A program made the translations under genes and the position numbers. A model generated the notes under the pieces. It ran no database searches, was not told where the DNA came from, and saw only the letters and a program-made list of their open reading frames with translations. Positions 1 to 12,367 of a stretch of DNA of 64,000 bases are shown here, piece by piece. Source of the DNA: Squalus acanthias. Lineage: Eukaryota. The DNA lies in contig CM059431.1 in NCBI GenBank assembly GCA_030390025.1, positions 120,964,001 to 121,028,000 of the forward strand, in the 5' to 3' direction. Numbering within the stretch: the stretch's first letter is position 1; each line of letters begins with the position of its first letter.

Positions 1-659
1 TTGGTAAGGCTCCATCTATTTTCTGCACAGTTCTTTCATTTCCCCCACCCTGGCCAAACCAACTGCGGCCAAGGCAGCGGGCAGGCAAATTTCATCCCAA
101 CATTTTCCCAACCTTTGCCCAATCTTTTGCCAATGCCTCTCTGGACCAACTGCTTGAATGTACGGGGTCTCTCACATCAGGTTTGGAAATGTCCAACCTT
201 TTGTCACACTAACAGGGTTACAATTAGGAACTCGATAACATGAGGGAAGGTTGGCAGAAGCTCATTTCCCACAATTTTCTGAGACCGCAGTTGCATTCTA
301 GTACATGAAACCACAGTTCTGTCTTTCATCTCATTTAAATCAAAAGGGAAAAAACATGGCCCAAAATTTGCAGGCGGCAGCATAGCTATGGATCACATCA
401 CCGACCTCTGAAAAGAATACGAACTGACCTTGTGCGAGGCCCCAGACGTAGACTTCTTGTTCGGCGCTGCAGAGTTGTGCGCAGCGTATTACATCAGGGA
501 GGCCAGGAGCGCAGCGTACAGCCTATGTGTAAGTGAAGGCACGCCCACATAATCTGTCAAAACTAAGCCATGCCCACAGAAACTTCTTTCAGTCTCTTGC
601 ATTGAAATTACATTTTAAAAACTTTAAATTAAACTGGTACTTGGACTTATTTCAAATAA

Positions 660-997
660 AGAAAGAAAAGAAAGAAAGACTTGCATTTATATAGCGCCTT
701 TCACGACCACCGGACGTCTCAAAGCGCTTTATAGTCAATGAAGTACTTTTGAAGTGTAGTCACTGTTGTAATGTAGGAAATGCGGCAGCCAATTTGCGCT
801 CAGCAAGCTCCCACAAACAGCAATGTGATAATGACCATATCATTTGTTTTTGCTATGTTGGTTGAAGGATAAATATTGGCCAGGACACCGGGGAGAACTC
901 CCCTACTCTTCTTTGAAATCGTGCCATGAGATCTTTTACGTCCACCTGAGAGAGCAGACAGGGCCTCGGTTTAACGTCTCATCCGAAAGACGGCACT
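660..997 (-). mobile_element. DeuSINE/SacSINE1-like SINE, 5'-truncated
   Basis: The minus strand carries GTGCCGTCTTTCGGATGAGACGTTAAACCGAGG (Deu-domain-like core) and an L2-type tail AAAGGCGCTATATAAATGCAAGTCTTTC. The same sequence recurs at 25.5k, 26.8k, 28.3k and 38.1k. Confidence 0.75.
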
Positions 998-1992
998 CAG
1001 AGTTCTGTTAAAATTATGTAACAAAATACCAGCATGTTGATTTTTGAAATGCAGTATCTGTATAAGGTCATAGCTAAAAAATTCCTGCTAGGTTTTCAGA
1101 AACAAAACATGCTTCGGTGAGAGTGGGTGCAGAAAAGGGGATTATGTATTGTAACATTTGCCAACTACACCAAAAAATAATTGTGTTTTACCACCTACTC
1201 CGTATGAAATTCACGTGCAGCTATGTATAATGAACTTGTCACAATGTCTGCTTTCTCGCACATAGATATTTATATATAGTTCTATAAAATGTGTGGATAT
1301 TTGGTATATGTGCAATAAACGTAATTAAACAGTTCATGTGTACGTTAAAGCGCCCAGTCTGCCACGGCTCCGTATCATTTACAAACAGTATGTGAGATGC
1401 TTGAATATGATAAGGCTTGTTGGTGCAGAATACTAATAAAAGCTGTATGTGTTCAGCACAAGTAGTTTGTTTCTGTGGGTGAGTTTCTGGTAACAGTGTA
1501 ATTTCAATTTTATTTAAACTTACTGAACAATTTGCAGATTTTGCATGTTTTAGGGTAAAAGTAGTATTGCTTACAACTATATCCACTGCTTGCTCTCAAT
1601 GTTCAGTACAAATGAGTTCCTTTAGCAATGAAACAGGCTCCTGCTCCTGCTTTCACTAACCGTAAAATTTTCGCACATAATTGCTGGGCAGTTGGTGGGC
1701 CATTAGCCCAACTCTGTGCCAGCAATGAATAGTTCCTCGTCCATGTGGATCATCTGTCCAGGCGTACCTTGACAGATTGCAAGTTCGGGATTTAGCGCAT
1801 GCGGAAAACCCAAACTTGCGGTCAATTTCAAAGGCGGTATGAGTACGCCGTCATACCCACCGCAAAATCTGCCACCATATTTTTCACCATCGAATTCTGC
1901 ATTTGGAGACAAAGATGTTGGGGCAGGTATTAACAGCCAATTGATGCCCACTCGAAGTTTTTAAGCTGTTCAACTTCGAATATCTCATATAT

Positions 1993-3260
1993 TATGACAA
2001 AGGTAAACTATCCCTCCTCGTCCTTCTTGACTTGTCTGCAGCCTTTGACACGGTTGATCACTCCATCCTTCTCCAACGCCTCTCCACCGTCGTCCAGCTG
2101 GGTGGGACTGCACTCGCCTGGTTCCATTCTTATCTGTCTAATTGTAGCCAGAGAATCACCTGCAACGGCTTCTCTTCCCGCTCCCGTATCGTTACCTCTG
2201 GTGTCCCCTAAGGATCTATCCTTGGCCCCCTCCTATTTCTCATCTACATGCTGCCCCTTGGCGACATCATCCGAAAACACAGTGTCATTTTCCACATGTA
2301 TGCCGACGACACCCAGCTCTACCTCTCTACCACTTCTCTCAACCCCTCCATGGTCTCTAAATTGTCAGACTACTTGTCCGACATCCAGTTCTGGATGAGC
2401 AGAAATGTTCTCCAATTAAATATTGGGAAGACCGAAGCCATTGTTTTCAGTCCCCATCACAAACTCCGTTCCCTAGACAATGACTTCATCCCTCTCCCTA
2501 ACATCTGTCTGAGGCTGAACCACACTGTTCTCAACCTTGGTGTCATATTTGACCCTGAAATTAGCTTCCGACCACATATCCGCAGCATAACTAAGAACGC
2601 CTATTTTCACCTTCGTAACATTGCCTGTCTCTGCCCTTGCCTCAGCTCAGCTGCTGCTGAAATCCTCATCCATGCCTTTGTTACCTCTAGACTTGACTAT
2701 TACAATGCACTCCTGGCTGGCCTCCCACATTCTACCCTACGTAAACTTGAGGTCATCCAAAACTCGGCTGCCCGTGTCCTAACTTGCACCAAGTCCCGTT
2801 CATCCATCACCCCTGTGCTTGCTGACCTACATTGGCTCCCGGTTAAGCAACGTCTTGATTTCAAATTCTCATCCTTGTTTTCAAATCCCTCCATGGCCTC
2901 GGCCCTCCCTATCTCTGTAATCTTCTTCAGCCCCACAACCCCCCGAGATATCTGCGCTCCTCTAATTCTGCCCTCTTGAGCATCCCTGATTATAATCGCT
3001 CAACCATTGGTGGCTGTGCCTTCTGTTGCCTAGGCCTTAAGCTCTGGAATTCCCCTGCCTAAACCTCTCCACCTCTCCACCTCTCTTTCCTCCTTTAAGA
3101 TGCTCCTTAAAACCTACCTCTTTGACCAAGCTTTTGCTCACCTGCCCTAATTTCTCCTTATGTGGCTCGGTGTCAAAGTTTTGTCTTTTAATACTCCTGT
3201 GAAGCACCTTGGGATGTTTTACTACGTTAAAGGCGCTAGATAAATCCAAGTTGTTGTTAT
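1993..3260 (+). mobile_element. L2-clade LINE 3' portion (RT C-terminus plus 3' tail), degenerate
   Basis: ORF 2248-2979 contains [29 protein letters not shown] and LHWLPV. It ends in AAAGGCGCTAGATAAATCCAAGTTGTTGTT. Confidence 0.85.
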
Positions 3261-3583
3261 TAAAACAGCTAATTCCATGGTGGCATGCTTACAGACCGGT
3301 CCCACTACCTGCACTGCATGCAGCTTGTGGCAGTGGGTCATTAGGCCTCAGTGCATATGTTGCTAAGCTTCCAGTCTTATAGGATTAATGATTTTCAAAG
3401 ATTTAAAGGCAGCAGTTTGTGCATTTGCAGGCCTAATTGGCCACTTTACAATTATGTTAATTTATGGAAACTGGCCCCACTCCAGATTCCCTGAGCTGTT
3501 TTGCAGAATAGCTTTTAATTCACTGAGAACTTCTATAAAATGAGTGCGGGGAGGCTTGCAAACTGTTCATTGAAGAACTCCAT

Positions 3584-3766
3584 GGGGCAATTTTGACTTT
3601 GGGTGATAGTGTAAAACCGGCGATATCGATTCAGCCGCCGTTACACATCCCTCCAGATATTCATTTCTATTGATTTCAATGGAAATGAAAATCGGAAGTG
3701 ATATATAATGAGTGGCCAAATTAATATTGCCCATTTACACTATCAGCCAAAGTCAAAATTACCCCC
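3584..3766. mobile_element. Palindromic MITE, Harbinger-type ends
   Basis: Long inverted repeat GGGGCAATTTTGACTTTGGGTGATAGTGTAAA / TTTACACTATCAGCCAAAGTCAAAATTACCCC, flanked by CAT on both sides. Confidence 0.7.
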
Positions 3767-4089
3767 CATCAGTTAAAACTAGATTGCCATAATGTTAAAA
3801 CTTGCAGTTGACTATTGTTTATAACTTGACTAAATATATTTGATTTTTTTTTTTGCCCTTCTGCTTGCTGTTGTTTTTGTTCCATTCATGCTCCTTTTGG
3901 TGCCCACCTCCCACAGCAGCATTCCTGCAGCCACCAGTTTAGCCCTGCAGCTAGCAGCAGTGTTAACCACAGGCATTCCTCTGGGTCTATCAATGACAGC
4001 GTTGGATTCGCAGCTGGATGGGGAATTCTTGCAGAAGGAGGCAAGGCATTCACCCACAGGGGACCGAAGAATTACATCACATGACCCAG

Positions 4090-4345
4090 GCACAACTGCT
4101 TGGGTGTGCTGGAAGAGATCTGCCGAAGCCCTCTACGATTACCAGGGAGTCAGTCACCAAGTTGTGCCACATACTGAAGAGTGACCTTTAGATGACATCC
4201 AGCATAGGGACAGCCCTGTCTGGACTTCTGCCAGTGGCTGAGTTTCCAAAGGTCATTGATGACACCTATGTTACCATCAGGGGACCAAACAGCAACTCTG
4301 TGACATTTACAAATCACAAAGGATTTCATTAAATCAATCTTGAGA
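4090..4345 (+). pseudogene. Decayed Harbinger transposase fragment
   Basis: Translates to VIDDTYVTIRGP...FTNHKGFH*INL, matching the IDCTHV...NRKGFHSLN block of the intact transposases in this window. Confidence 0.55.
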
Positions 4346-4346
4346 T

Positions 4347-4680
4347 GGATTACATAGGATTACATAGGATATACGGCACAGAAACAGGCCATTTGGCCCA
4401 ACCAGTCCATGCCGGCGTTTATGCTCCACACGAGCCTCCTCCCATCTTTCCTCATCTAAATCTATCAGCATAACCCTCTGTTCCCTTCTCCCTCATATGC
4501 TTATCTAGCCTCCCCTTAAATGCATCCATACAATTCGCCTCAACCACTCCCTGTGGTAGCGAGTTCCACATTCTCACCACTTGTTGGGTAAAGAAATTTC
4601 TTCTGAATTCCCTATTGGATTTCTTGGTGACTATCTTATATTGATGGCCTCTAGAAATGCTCTTCGCCACAAGTGGAAAC
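4347..4680 (-). mobile_element. CR1 LINE 3' end; continues at 8984-9726 after the Harbinger insertion
   Basis: RRNFFTQQVVRMWNSLP motif and an (ATCCTATGTA)n-type tail. The sequence joins 8984 seamlessly when 4684-8980 and one CTT copy are removed. Confidence 0.8.
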
Positions 4681-5177
4681 CTTGGGCTGGATTTTCATAG
4701 GGCCGTTGAGGCGGGATTGGAGGCGTGTGGGGGGTTAAAATTGCAGAAACTGGCGGGCGGGCCCAAACCCGCCTTCATCCCTCTTCCACGCAATTTTGAT
4801 GAAATCGTGTCTACTGGTCCCATCTCCATCCCGCCTCCAAGAGGCGGGAGAGACCGTTAATGCCCTTAAGAAGCCCTAAATTGGCTCTGTAATGCCATTT
4901 TGATAGTTATTTGCTAGTTTAACCCTTTTCCCACGTGAAGCACGCCTGATCTGAAACACGCTGGTGAAACCTGGTGGGAGCACAAGTGGATTGCTGACTA
5001 TCAGCTGCAGCTCAACCATTAAATAGGAGATTTGATCAGCCATCATTTGCAGGTGGCAGGACTTTGTTGTCACAGGTCTGGGGGAACTTTTAGAAGGCAT
5101 AACCACAGCTATGGAAGTTTTGAGCCTGACACCCATCTCCAGTGTGACCTCCTGGGAAACCCCTCTCGCCACCTTCA

Positions 5178-6470
5178 TTGAGCGCTTCCTCAACTGAGGC
5201 ATATACCAGAAGCATGGAAGCCATTTATTTCCTTCCCTTCTGGGCATCAGATGAGGACGAACACCAGCCGCGGCACCAGCAGAACCATGAACAACAGCAG
5301 CACCAACAGCAGCAGCAACAACAGGAGCGCCAAGCTGCTGCTCACCCGCCTGAAGCTGCACAGGCCAGAAGGGGCCAGCGCATGGCAGGCCGTCGGCGCA
5401 GGAGATACCGCCCAAACAGGGTCTACAGACACAGGGTCAGCTACCTCAACATGTCTGAGCAGCAGTACCAAAGCCGGCTCCGACTTTCGCGAGAGGTTGT
5501 GGGTGACATCTGCGCAATGCTGCAACAAGACCTGGAGCCCAGAGGACCAGGTGGACACCCCTTACCAGTGGCCGGCAAAGTCACCACCGCACTCAACTTT
5601 TTTGCCTCAGGCTCATTCCAGGGATCAGCAGCAGACATCAGCGGCATCTCCCAGGCGGCCGCGCACACCTGCATCACGCAGGTAACCGATGCCCTCTTTG
5701 CCATCACGCACAATCACATCCATTTCACCAAGGATCAAGCAAGTGTCACGGCGCGTGCAGTTGGATTAGCTAATCTGGCAGGCTTTCCAAGGGTACAGGG
5801 CGTCGTTGACTGCACACATGTGGCCCTTAAGGTACCCCATCGCAATCCAGGTATTTTTGTCAACCGCAAGGGCTTCCACTCCCTCAACGTTCAGCTAGTG
5901 TGTGACCACAAGAAGGAAGTTTTGCATGTTTGTGCCAAGTACCCTGGCAGTTGCCATGACTCCTTTATACTGCGCCAGTCTAGTGTGCCTCCGCTATTCA
6001 GTCCACCAGACCAACTTAACGGATGGCTACTTGGAGACAAGGGCTGTCCCCTGAAGACATGGCTAATGATGCCGTTGAGGAGCCCATCCAACGCAGCTGA
6101 GGAGAGCTACAACTCCAGCCACATTTCCACCAGAGCCATAATCGATCAAACCATCGGTATGCTGAAGATGCGCTTCAGATGCCTGGATAGATCAGGTGGA
6201 GCCCTGCAATACTCAGCTGCCAGGGTCTCCAGAATCGTCGTGGTTTGCTGTGCACTTCACAAAATGGCACAGCGTCGTGGCTTGCAGATGTCGGAGCACA
6301 AAGTGGCTCCTCACATATCCTCCTCAGATAAGGAGGAGGAGGAGGTGGAGGAGGAGGAGGAGAGAGAGAACGAACATCTTGCAGAGGCCCATCAACCAGC
6401 GGCAGCATTACGCGAGACCATATCTGCCCGGAATGCAAGGAACACACTCATGTTGGCCAGATTTGCTTAG
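5178..6470 (+). CDS. Harbinger (HARBI1-like, DDE_Tnp_4) transposase; first ATG at 5214
   Basis: Motifs [40 protein letters not shown] and [17 protein letters not shown]-terminal poly-Q and C-terminal acidic tract. Confidence 0.9.
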   Translation: MSASSTEAYTRSMEAIYFLPFWASDEDEHQPRHQQNHEQQQHQQQQQQQERQAAAHPPEAAQARRGQRMAGRRRRRYRPNRVYRHRVSYLNMSEQQYQSRLRLSREVVGDICAMLQQDLEPRGPGGHPLPVAGKVTTALNFFASGSFQGSAADISGISQAAAHTCITQVTDALFAITHNHIHFTKDQASVTARAVGLANLAGFPRVQGVVDCTHVALKVPHRNPGIFVNRKGFHSLNVQLVCDHKKEVLHVCAKYPGSCHDSFILRQSSVPPLFSPPDQLNGWLLGDKGCPLKTWLMMPLRSPSNAAEESYNSSHISTRAIIDQTIGMLKMRFRCLDRSGGALQYSAARVSRIVVVCCALHKMAQRRGLQMSEHKVAPHISSSDKEEEEVEEEEERENEHLAEAHQPAAALRETISARNARNTLMLARFA

Positions 6471-6727
6471 CCTAGACAATCAAGCACTTTTGCCTCACAG
6501 CTTCTTACCAGAGCTTCGACAATGGCCAAGAACCAGTGGATCCCTAACAATTTGACCACCATACTGACAATTGCCAGTTATCCTAAAGCCTCATTGTGGA
6601 AGTCCCATTAGCGAAATGACAGAGGCCACAACTGCAGCAGTAGCCATCAGAGTTTTTATTTACACTTAACATCTGATGGCTTTTTTACATTAAACATCAA
6701 ATTTCACCCAAGTGACTACCCTTGTGA

Positions 6728-8701
6728 CTATTTGTGCAGTATCTTTCTCTTACGCGTGCTCCTACGTGGTGCTTCCCCTGTGGCTTCAGCAGAGGTGGAG
6801 GCCCCCTGCTCAGTTTGTTGTTGCTCCTGTCTCGACACCTTTGGCGGGTGTCCTCTGGGGTTGCGAACCTGTGAGGGCTCGCCAACAGTCTGCTGCTCCT
6901 GCGGCTGTGCAGGGGTTGAGACGCCGATCTCAGTTGGGTGCAGACTCTGACCGAGGACTTGTCAGTGGCATGGAAGTGTGAGCGCTTGGAGAGGAGCCCC
7001 CACCTCCTTGTTCTCTGCCACTATCACCCCTCTCATGGGTCAGGTCCACCTCAGCGCTTGCAAGTGGATTGAGAGCACCTTGCTGCACATCAGGGGGGCC
7101 ATGGGGACCCGTATCTGCACTGGAAGTCCGACTCAGAAGGACTTCCATGAAGGTATGGTTTCTGTGTTCAATAGATGACCATCGCTCCAACAGAGATGTC
7201 ATTCTATTCTGAACACTCACCATGTTTTCTGCACTCTGGCGACTTATCTCCTCCATGGCCGCAGCCATCCTCTCGTCTACTGTAGCCATCCTTTCGATGG
7301 AGGTTGCCATCATTTGCACGGAGGTTGCCATCCTTTCCGTGGTGATGTGTTCATGCGCCAATGACTCCACAAAGGCTCTGCTCATGTTCGCAATGGACTC
7401 CTCCATTCGCTCCACACTCTCAGCGATGCTGGAGACAAAACCTGCCAGAGACTCCTGCATCTGTTCCTGGAGTTCCAGCACTGCTGATCTTGTGGATGGA
7501 CCCAGAGGCAGAGGGTCGACATGCAGCTGAGCCGAGCTATCAGAGTCCTGCACCCTCCGACTAGGACTCTCCACTGTGGTCCCTGTCTCCACCATCTGCT
7601 GATGCTCACTTGTGAGCTGTGATACACCAGGTGACAACACTACTCGATGTCCGAGGGTCCCACCGAGGTGTGAGTCTCTGCGCTGGTGCTGGGTGCGCTG
7701 AATTCTGATGACGCTGTGCCCTCAGAGGTTGCAGCTTCCTCTGAGGAGTCTGGAGCTCAGGCTCTTCCTCCTGGCTAGTGGGGACGGGTGCTTGCGATGG
7801 TCCTGTGGGGGAGTAAAGGAAAGAGTCAGAGATGTGATGCCAAGGTTACATGCACATTGCATATTGCAGATGATCATAAATCCATCTGTTAGAGCTTCAG
7901 ATTCATTATCAGCGACTCATGCAATGTCAATGAGACAGATGGAACACTCTTCTGTCACCAGCTTGCTGTGATGCACCCGTCTGTCCGTCCCCCACTTGCG
8001 TATCGTCCTCCACTCCCATGATCTCCAGAACCGCATCCTCTCAGGGGGTGAGCTGGGCTAATGAAGGTGGCCCTCCTCCTGTCTTGGCTCTTTCCCTTTT
8101 ATTGTGAGATCTCTTTTCCTGCAATGAGGGAGACAAGTGGAGTTTGAGTGAGATTGAAGGAGTGAGTGTAGAGAATCCATAGCATAGATGCTTAGAAGGA
8201 GACAAAGATGGAGTGAGGTGGCAAGACCAAGGGCCCTCCCTGTGTGTTGTAAGTTGTTTTCATAGCATGACAGTGATAGGGAGTGTGAGGGCTGCATAGT
8301 CAAATAGTAAGATGAATATGACCATAGAGGGAGAGGGAATGGGTAAGGGTGCATGGATGTCAGTGTCAAGTGGAATATGGAGGAAGAGGTTGCTAAAGCT
8401 GAGTGCTGGTGAGGAGAGGCAATGGGGATCAGATTGAGGGTGAAGGGAAAGTCATACTCACTTTTGCAGTGCGTAGAAGGTCATGAAACCTCTTCCTGCA
8501 CTGAAGCCAGTTTCTGCGGGTTATGGACAAAGAGTTGACCTCCTGGGCGACCTGGATCCACACAGCCTTGGTCTGCTGGGGAGGCTTCTTCCTCCCTGAG
8601 GAAGGGAAGAGCACCCCTTCGTTGGCTCTTGCTCCCTCCACCACAGCTTGCAGGGCAACGTCATCAAACTTGGGAGCAGACCTGGGTCTTTGGCTGGCCA
8701 T
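6728..8701 (-). pseudogene. Harbinger Myb/SANT-like (trihelix) DNA-binding gene, 3 exons, disrupted
   Basis: Exon 1 reads MASQRPRSAPKF...W...R.WLQCRKRFHDL, with donor GTGAGT at 8461. The acceptor CAG precedes 8118, and exon 2 (KTGGGPP) has an in-frame TGA at 8041-8043. Exon 3 is coiled-coil (ORF 6930-7640) with frameshifts. Confidence 0.75.
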
Positions 8702-8983
8702 TCCTCCTGCAGTTGCCTCTAAGATACTAGTCCAAAAAGTTGGCAGTCTGCAGAAGAAGCAAGGCTTGTTGCAGACCTTAAATGCAACAGCAATGATGAC
8801 GTCATCGGAGGCGACTTTCAGACTGGAATAACTCATTGGCCATGGGTTCCCACACGTTGGAACTCAATTGGCCAATTCAGTTAAAATCGCATCATTCTCC
8901 CACATCGATCTAGATTCGGGTGGGCAAAACGAAAAGCGGATAACACGACCCCAACCCGCCCCAGTATCAAAATCCAACCCCTT

Positions 8984-9726
8984 CTCTCTGTATCCACTCT
9001 ATCAAAAAATTTCATAATTTTAAAGACCTCTATTAGGTCACCTCTCAGCCTTCTTTTTTCAAGAGAAAAAAGACCCAGACTGCTCATCCTTTCTTGATAT
9101 GTCTGCCCTCGTATTTCTGGTATCATCCTTGTAAATCTTCTCTGCACCCTCTCCAGTGCCTCTATATCCTTTTTATAATATGGCGACCAGAACTGTACAC
9201 AGTACTCTAAGTGTGGTCTAGCCAAGGTTCGATACAAGTTTAGCATAACTTCCCTACTTTTCAATTCTATCCCCCTAGAAATAAACCCTAGTGCTTGGTT
9301 TCCTTTTTTTATGGCCTTGCTAACCTGTGTTGCAACTTTTAGTGATTTGTGTATTTGTGCTCTTAGATCCCTTTGTTCCTCTACCCCACCTAGACTCGCA
9401 CCCTCCAAGTGATAAGTGACCTCCCTATTCTTCCTACTAAAATGTAATACCTCACATTTATCTGTGTTGAACTTCATTTGCCAATTATATGCCGATTCTA
9501 CAAGTTTATTAATGTCCTCCTGTAATTTGTTGCAGCCGTCCTCAGTATTGACTCACCCCCCCAATTTGGTGTCATCCGCAAATTTAGAAATTGTGTTTTC
9601 AATTCCTAGGTCTAAATTGTTAATGTAAATTGTGAACAGCGGTGGTCCCAGCACTGATCCTTGTGGAACACCACTACCCACCTTCTGCCACTGTGAATAG
9701 CTACCCTTTACTCCGACTCTGCTTTC
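8984..9726 (-). mobile_element. CR1 LINE RT fragment, 5'-truncated
   Basis: Motifs FADDTK, MKFNTDKCEVLHF, RPHLEYCVQFWSP and RLRGDLIEVFK. Confidence 0.9.
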
Positions 9727-9744
9727 ATAGTTTCGGAAAACCAG

Positions 9745-11105
9745 ACTGAATAATGATTAAGGACGTGGTAAAAGGGCACTTAGAAAATAATAATAGGATT
9801 GGGCAGAGTCAACACAGATTTATGAAAGGGAAATTGTGTTTGACAAATCTGTTAGAGTTTTTTGAGGTTGTAACTAGCAGAATAGTAAAGGGGGAACCAG
9901 TGGATGTGGTGTATTTGGATTTTCAGAAGGCATTCGATAAGGTGCCACACAAGAGGTTATTAAACAAAATTAGGGCTCATGGGACTAGGGGTAATATACT
10001 AGCATGGATCGAGGATTAGTTAACGGACAGAAAACAGAGAGTAGGAATAAACGGGTCATTTTTGGGTTGGCAGGCTGTAACTAGTGGGGTACCACAAGGA
10101 TCAGTGCTTGGGCCTCAGCTATTCACAATCTATATCAATGATTTTGATGAGGGGACCAAATGTAATAAATCCAAGTTTGCTGATGATACAAAGCTGGGTG
10201 GGAATGTAAGTTGTGAGGAGGATGCAAAGAGGCTTCAAGGGGATATAGACAGGCTAAGTGACTGGGCAAGAACATTGCAAATGAAATATAATGTGGAGAA
10301 ATATGAAGTTATCCACTTTGGTAGGAAAAATAGAAAAGCAGAGTATTTTTAAATGGTGAGAGATTGGAAAATGTTGGTGTTCAGAGGGACCTGGGTGTCC
10401 TTGTACATGAATCACTGAAAGTTAACATGCAGGTACAGCAAGCAATTAGGAAAGCAAATGGTATGTTGGCCTTTATTACAAGAGGATTTGAGTATAAGAG
10501 TAAAGATGTCTTACTGCAATTATATAGGGCCCTGATGAGACCACACCTGGAGTATTGTGTACAGTTTTGGTCTCCTTACCTAAGGAAGGATATACTTGCT
10601 ATAGAGGGAGTGCAACAAAGGTTCACCAGACTGATTCCTGGGGTGAGAGGGTTGTCCTATGAGGAGAGATTGAGTAGCCTGGGCCTATATTCTCTAGAGT
10701 TTAGAAGAATGAGAGGTGATCTCATTGAAACATACAAAATTCTTACAGGGCTTGACAGGGTAGATGCAGGGAGGATGTTTCCCCTGGCTCGGGAGTCTAG
10801 AACCAGGGGTCACAGTCTCAGAATAAGGGGTCGGCCATTTAGGACTGAGATGAGGAGAAATTTCTTCACTCAGAGGGTGGTGAATCTTTGGAATTCTCTA
10901 CTCCAGAGGGCTGTGGATGCTCAGTTGTTGAGTATATTCAAGACAGAGATTAATAGATTTTTGAATATTAAAAGAATCAAGGGATATGGGGATAGTGCAG
11001 GAAAGTGGAGATAAGGCAGAAGATCAGCCATGATCTTATTGAATGGTGGAGCAGGCTCGAAGGGCCAAATGGCCAACTCCTGCTCCTATTTCTTAGGTTC
11101 TTATG
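9745..11105 (+). mobile_element. CR1 LINE, 5'-truncated, ORF2 with stops
   Basis: Motifs [29 protein letters not shown] and RNFFTQRVVNLWN; TTCTTA(G/T)G-type 3' tail. Confidence 0.9.
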
Positions 11106-12367
11106 AAAGTGACTTTTCAAGATACCCCAGGAGCATCTATGATGGTTTCATCTTGAAAAAATCCTCACTGCCATTTCTCTTTAATGGAGCAGGACAAATG
11201 GACAGATGAATGCTGGGGAATCAAGGATACTCCTTTGCTGCTCTGGCTAATAAGAACGGTCTGGACAGAAAATGCAATGAGGCTCATGCTCTCCATCCAA
11301 ATTCTGGTGAGCAAACTATTGAATGCTGAAGCAGCATTTCCAATGGCTGGACAGATCAAATGGGGACATACTCCGAGGCCAGAAGAAGCCAAGGTAATTA
11401 CTTGAACTGATAATTTTCTGCAGATTTCTTTTGGGCCAGGAGGGCCAAGAGTGCATCCCCACCCCCACAAGGAGTTCTTGGGCCTCCCCAACCCTGGTCT
11501 TGCCTCTCCCTGCAACACTAACTTCATGCCGGGTTTCCTTCCCTTGGGTCCCCGGCATCCCCGGACTCCCCTCCTAATTGCTGCTCCTGTCCGTCGGCCC
11601 TGACGTCACTCCCGCTGGTTTAGGGCAGGAGACAATGCTGCAGTATTTAAATGAGGCCTGGGAGCTAAAATTGTCCTGCCTCAAGTTGAAATCTCCGCGG
11701 GGGTTTCCCTGCTGGCCTGCAACCCGCCCACCCTGAGTTAAAATCAACCCTTTAGAGTTGCAATTCAGTTCACGATGCTCTGCGGGCTCCCAAAACCCTC
11801 TTGCATGTCTGCACAGATGTCAGAGCAGCCCTGCTGTATGTTTTTCAACATTCCATGCAGGGAGTTCTAAAGATTCTAAAAGGACGGCATTAAAAGCTTC
11901 TGCTGATTAATGAGTGCAGCTCAGTATGCAGACCTTGTAAGGTCCAATATCCATTGTTCCTGCAGCAGCTGCCCACCTAGCCCTATCTTTCCCTGCCTCC
12001 TGTTGATGCTCATCCACTTGCACTTGCTCCACCTCAGTAATGCTCGATGCTTCATCCTGAGATCCCTCCTGACTCCCACTATCTAATTCCCCCAAAGTAG
12101 TTGTCGCTGTTAAGTAGCTGACCTCAAAAATCTGTTTGATTCAGCCTTCCACTCAACACTTGGGTACACTTGGGAGCACCGGGAGTGTGGGCCTGATTCT
12201 AAATTGATTCTAAAATGTACTATCACAGTTTCACTCACAAGGCTGCTTCATGCTGCTTCACCAACAATTCCATGGGACTTCCACTGTATTGTATCATGTT
12301 TAGGGAAAGATAATGCAGTCTCAGAACAGCTCCGGGGGTGCTCCATGTGTCTGTACCTAAAGGAGCT

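Larger units (their letters stand above)
4684..8980 (+). mobile_element. Full-length PIF/Harbinger DNA transposon 1
   Basis: TIRs GGGCTGGATTTT (4684) and AAAATCCAACCC (ends 8980), 3-bp TSD CTT, and convergent transposase and Myb/SANT-like genes. Confidence 0.9.

Noticed and set aside
1239..1586. 115-aa ORF in unique-looking sequence as a host exon
   Set aside because: No recognisable homology and no convincing splice-site pair.
8984..11105. A single 5'-inverted CR1 insertion
   Set aside because: The two arms overlap in RT coverage and have different 3' tails, so they are independent insertions.
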